IMG/VR virus record: IMGVR_UViG_3300045988_146774
Location: 1 to 64,000 of that record
Reading direction: 5' to 3' (one strand)
Origin: a virus
Length of the DNA stretch: 64,000 nt
Part shown: positions 63,003 to 64,000 of the stretch, in pieces
Position numbering within the stretch: position 1 is the stretch's first letter
How the letters are laid out: each line of letters opens with the position of its first letter
Position numbers and translations under genes: made by a program
Notes under the pieces: model-generated
What the model saw: the letters and a program-made list of their open reading frames with translations, nothing else
What the model was told of the DNA's origin: nothing
Databases searched by the model: none

Positions 63003-63800
63003 ATGGCTTTTAAATTAGATGATATCGTAATCGACCGTATTCAGATTGCTATTGCTGAGAAAACAGATGGAACACCACTGTATACTCTGACACAGCTTTC
63101 AGAAGCAACGATTGAGACAACAGCAGAATCAAAAGAAGCTAAATCAGCAGAAGGTTCGCTGATTAAGAAATTCTATCAGGGTAAGGCTGGTACATTTACA
63201 GCTAAAAATGCAATGATTAACCTTAATGTTATTGGTGCTGCTTCTGGTAATGATAAGATTGTTGCTGATACAAGTAATATGATTCAGATGCCGAAAATTG
63301 TCATTGTTAAGAAAGGACAGACAAGCATTAAGCTTGTAGACGGTACAAATCAGACACTTGTGACTGGAACAGTAAAAGTAAATGCTCTTGGAAACAACGG
63401 TGCTATGGGAAAATCTTACAAACTTGGTTCCGGTGAAGCTAGTGCAACAGATTTTAAACTTGAAGGAGACGTATTAACACTTCCTGTAGATGATACAGCA
63501 GATCGTTTTGTAGTTAAATTTGAAAGAAAAGTTGCTAACGCTGTAAAAGTGCTTAATGCATCTGATAAGTTCCCTGGAACTGTAAAACTTACTCTTAAGG
63601 CACTCGCAGTTGATCCTTGTGAGCCAGACACATTAAGAGCTTGCTATATTATTATTCCATCATTCCAGGTATCTCCTGAGTTGAGTATTACTTTATCAAC
63701 AGAAGGAACTCTGGATTATAAGGGTGATATGCAGATTTCTTACTGTTCAGCAGACAAAGAACTGTATAGTGTAGTAATGTGCGGAGACGATGAGGAGTAA
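63003..63800 (+). CDS. abundant structural protein, possibly the major tail protein
   Basis: 265-aa ORF with a strong SD, bracketed by terminators (62941-62973 and 63805-63835) like the capsid gene. Confidence 0.45.
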   Translation: MAFKLDDIVIDRIQIAIAEKTDGTPLYTLTQLSEATIETTAESKEAKSAEGSLIKKFYQGKAGTFTAKNAMINLNVIGAASGNDKIVADTSNMIQMPKIVIVKKGQTSIKLVDGTNQTLVTGTVKVNALGNNGAMGKSYKLGSGEASATDFKLEGDVLTLPVDDTADRFVVKFERKVANAVKVLNASDKFPGTVKLTLKALAVDPCEPDTLRACYIIIPSFQVSPELSITLSTEGTLDYKGDMQISYCSADKELYSVVMCGDDEE

Positions 63801-63804
63801 TCTT

Positions 63805-63835
63805 GGAGACATAATATTTATGTCTCCTCTTTAAT
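63805..63835 (+). terminator. intrinsic terminator-like hairpin
   Basis: GGAGACAT-N7-ATGTCTCC stem followed by TCTTTAATT. Confidence 0.5.
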
Positions 63836-63846
63836 TGGAGGATTAA

Positions 63847-64000
63847 ATGAGTACAAAAAATAATAGAACGTGCTGCATTTGTCGAAAGATATACTCGTAC
63901 TGTCCAGTATGCAATTCAGAAGATTATAACAAACCTACATGGTATTTTATTTTCCATGATGAGAATTGTAAAAAAATCTATGAAGTTTGTACAGATTATA
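63847..64000 (+). CDS. zinc-ribbon protein, 3'-truncated by the window end
   Basis: SD GGAGG precedes ATG 63847. Translation: MSTKNNRTCCICRKIYSYCPVCNSEDYNKPTWYFIFHDENCKKIYEVC.. Confidence 0.5.
   Translation, partial: MSTKNNRTCCICRKIYSYCPVCNSEDYNKPTWYFIFHDENCKKIYEVCTDY

Overview
The whole 64-kb window looks like low-GC Firmicutes-type phage or prophage DNA. I saw no host housekeeping genes. It has four parts. (1) 1-1494 is an IS256-family insertion sequence at the window edge, and its transposase is frameshifted. (2) 1.4-32.9 kb is a dense minus-strand array of about 90 small early/accessory genes split into short operons by hairpin terminators. Recognisable products are a compact tyrosine recombinase, KptA/Tpt1 RNA 2'-phosphotransferase, DUF262, two ParB-fold proteins, a HicA-HicB pair plus a second HicA, a C5 DNA methyltransferase, a P22-type antirepressor, an Xre regulator, several tiny membrane peptides and an atypical 110-nt tRNA-like element. 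(3) 32.9-35.4 kb is a 2.5-kb ORF-free divergent hub. It holds a hairpin-dense segment, a cluster of CTTGA/TCAAG half-sites, a nearly C-free TA-rich tract, inverted DnaA boxes, iteron-like repeats and mirrored G-/C-depleted strands. (4) 35.4-64 kb is a plus-strand arm. It carries AntA and BRO-like antirepressors, an 870-aa ORF with a YonO/RdRP-like DxDxD loop (candidate single-subunit RNA polymerase), tRNA-Pro/Tyr/Ser, a beta-CASP RNase, a metallophosphoesterase, HU, a repeat-containing nuclease, a XerD-like recombinase, terminase, portal, scaffold-like protein, major capsid and head-tail genes. All functional calls come from motifs read by eye, with no database search. Many gene starts were chosen by Shine-Dalgarno (SD) spacing and may differ from the longest ORF.
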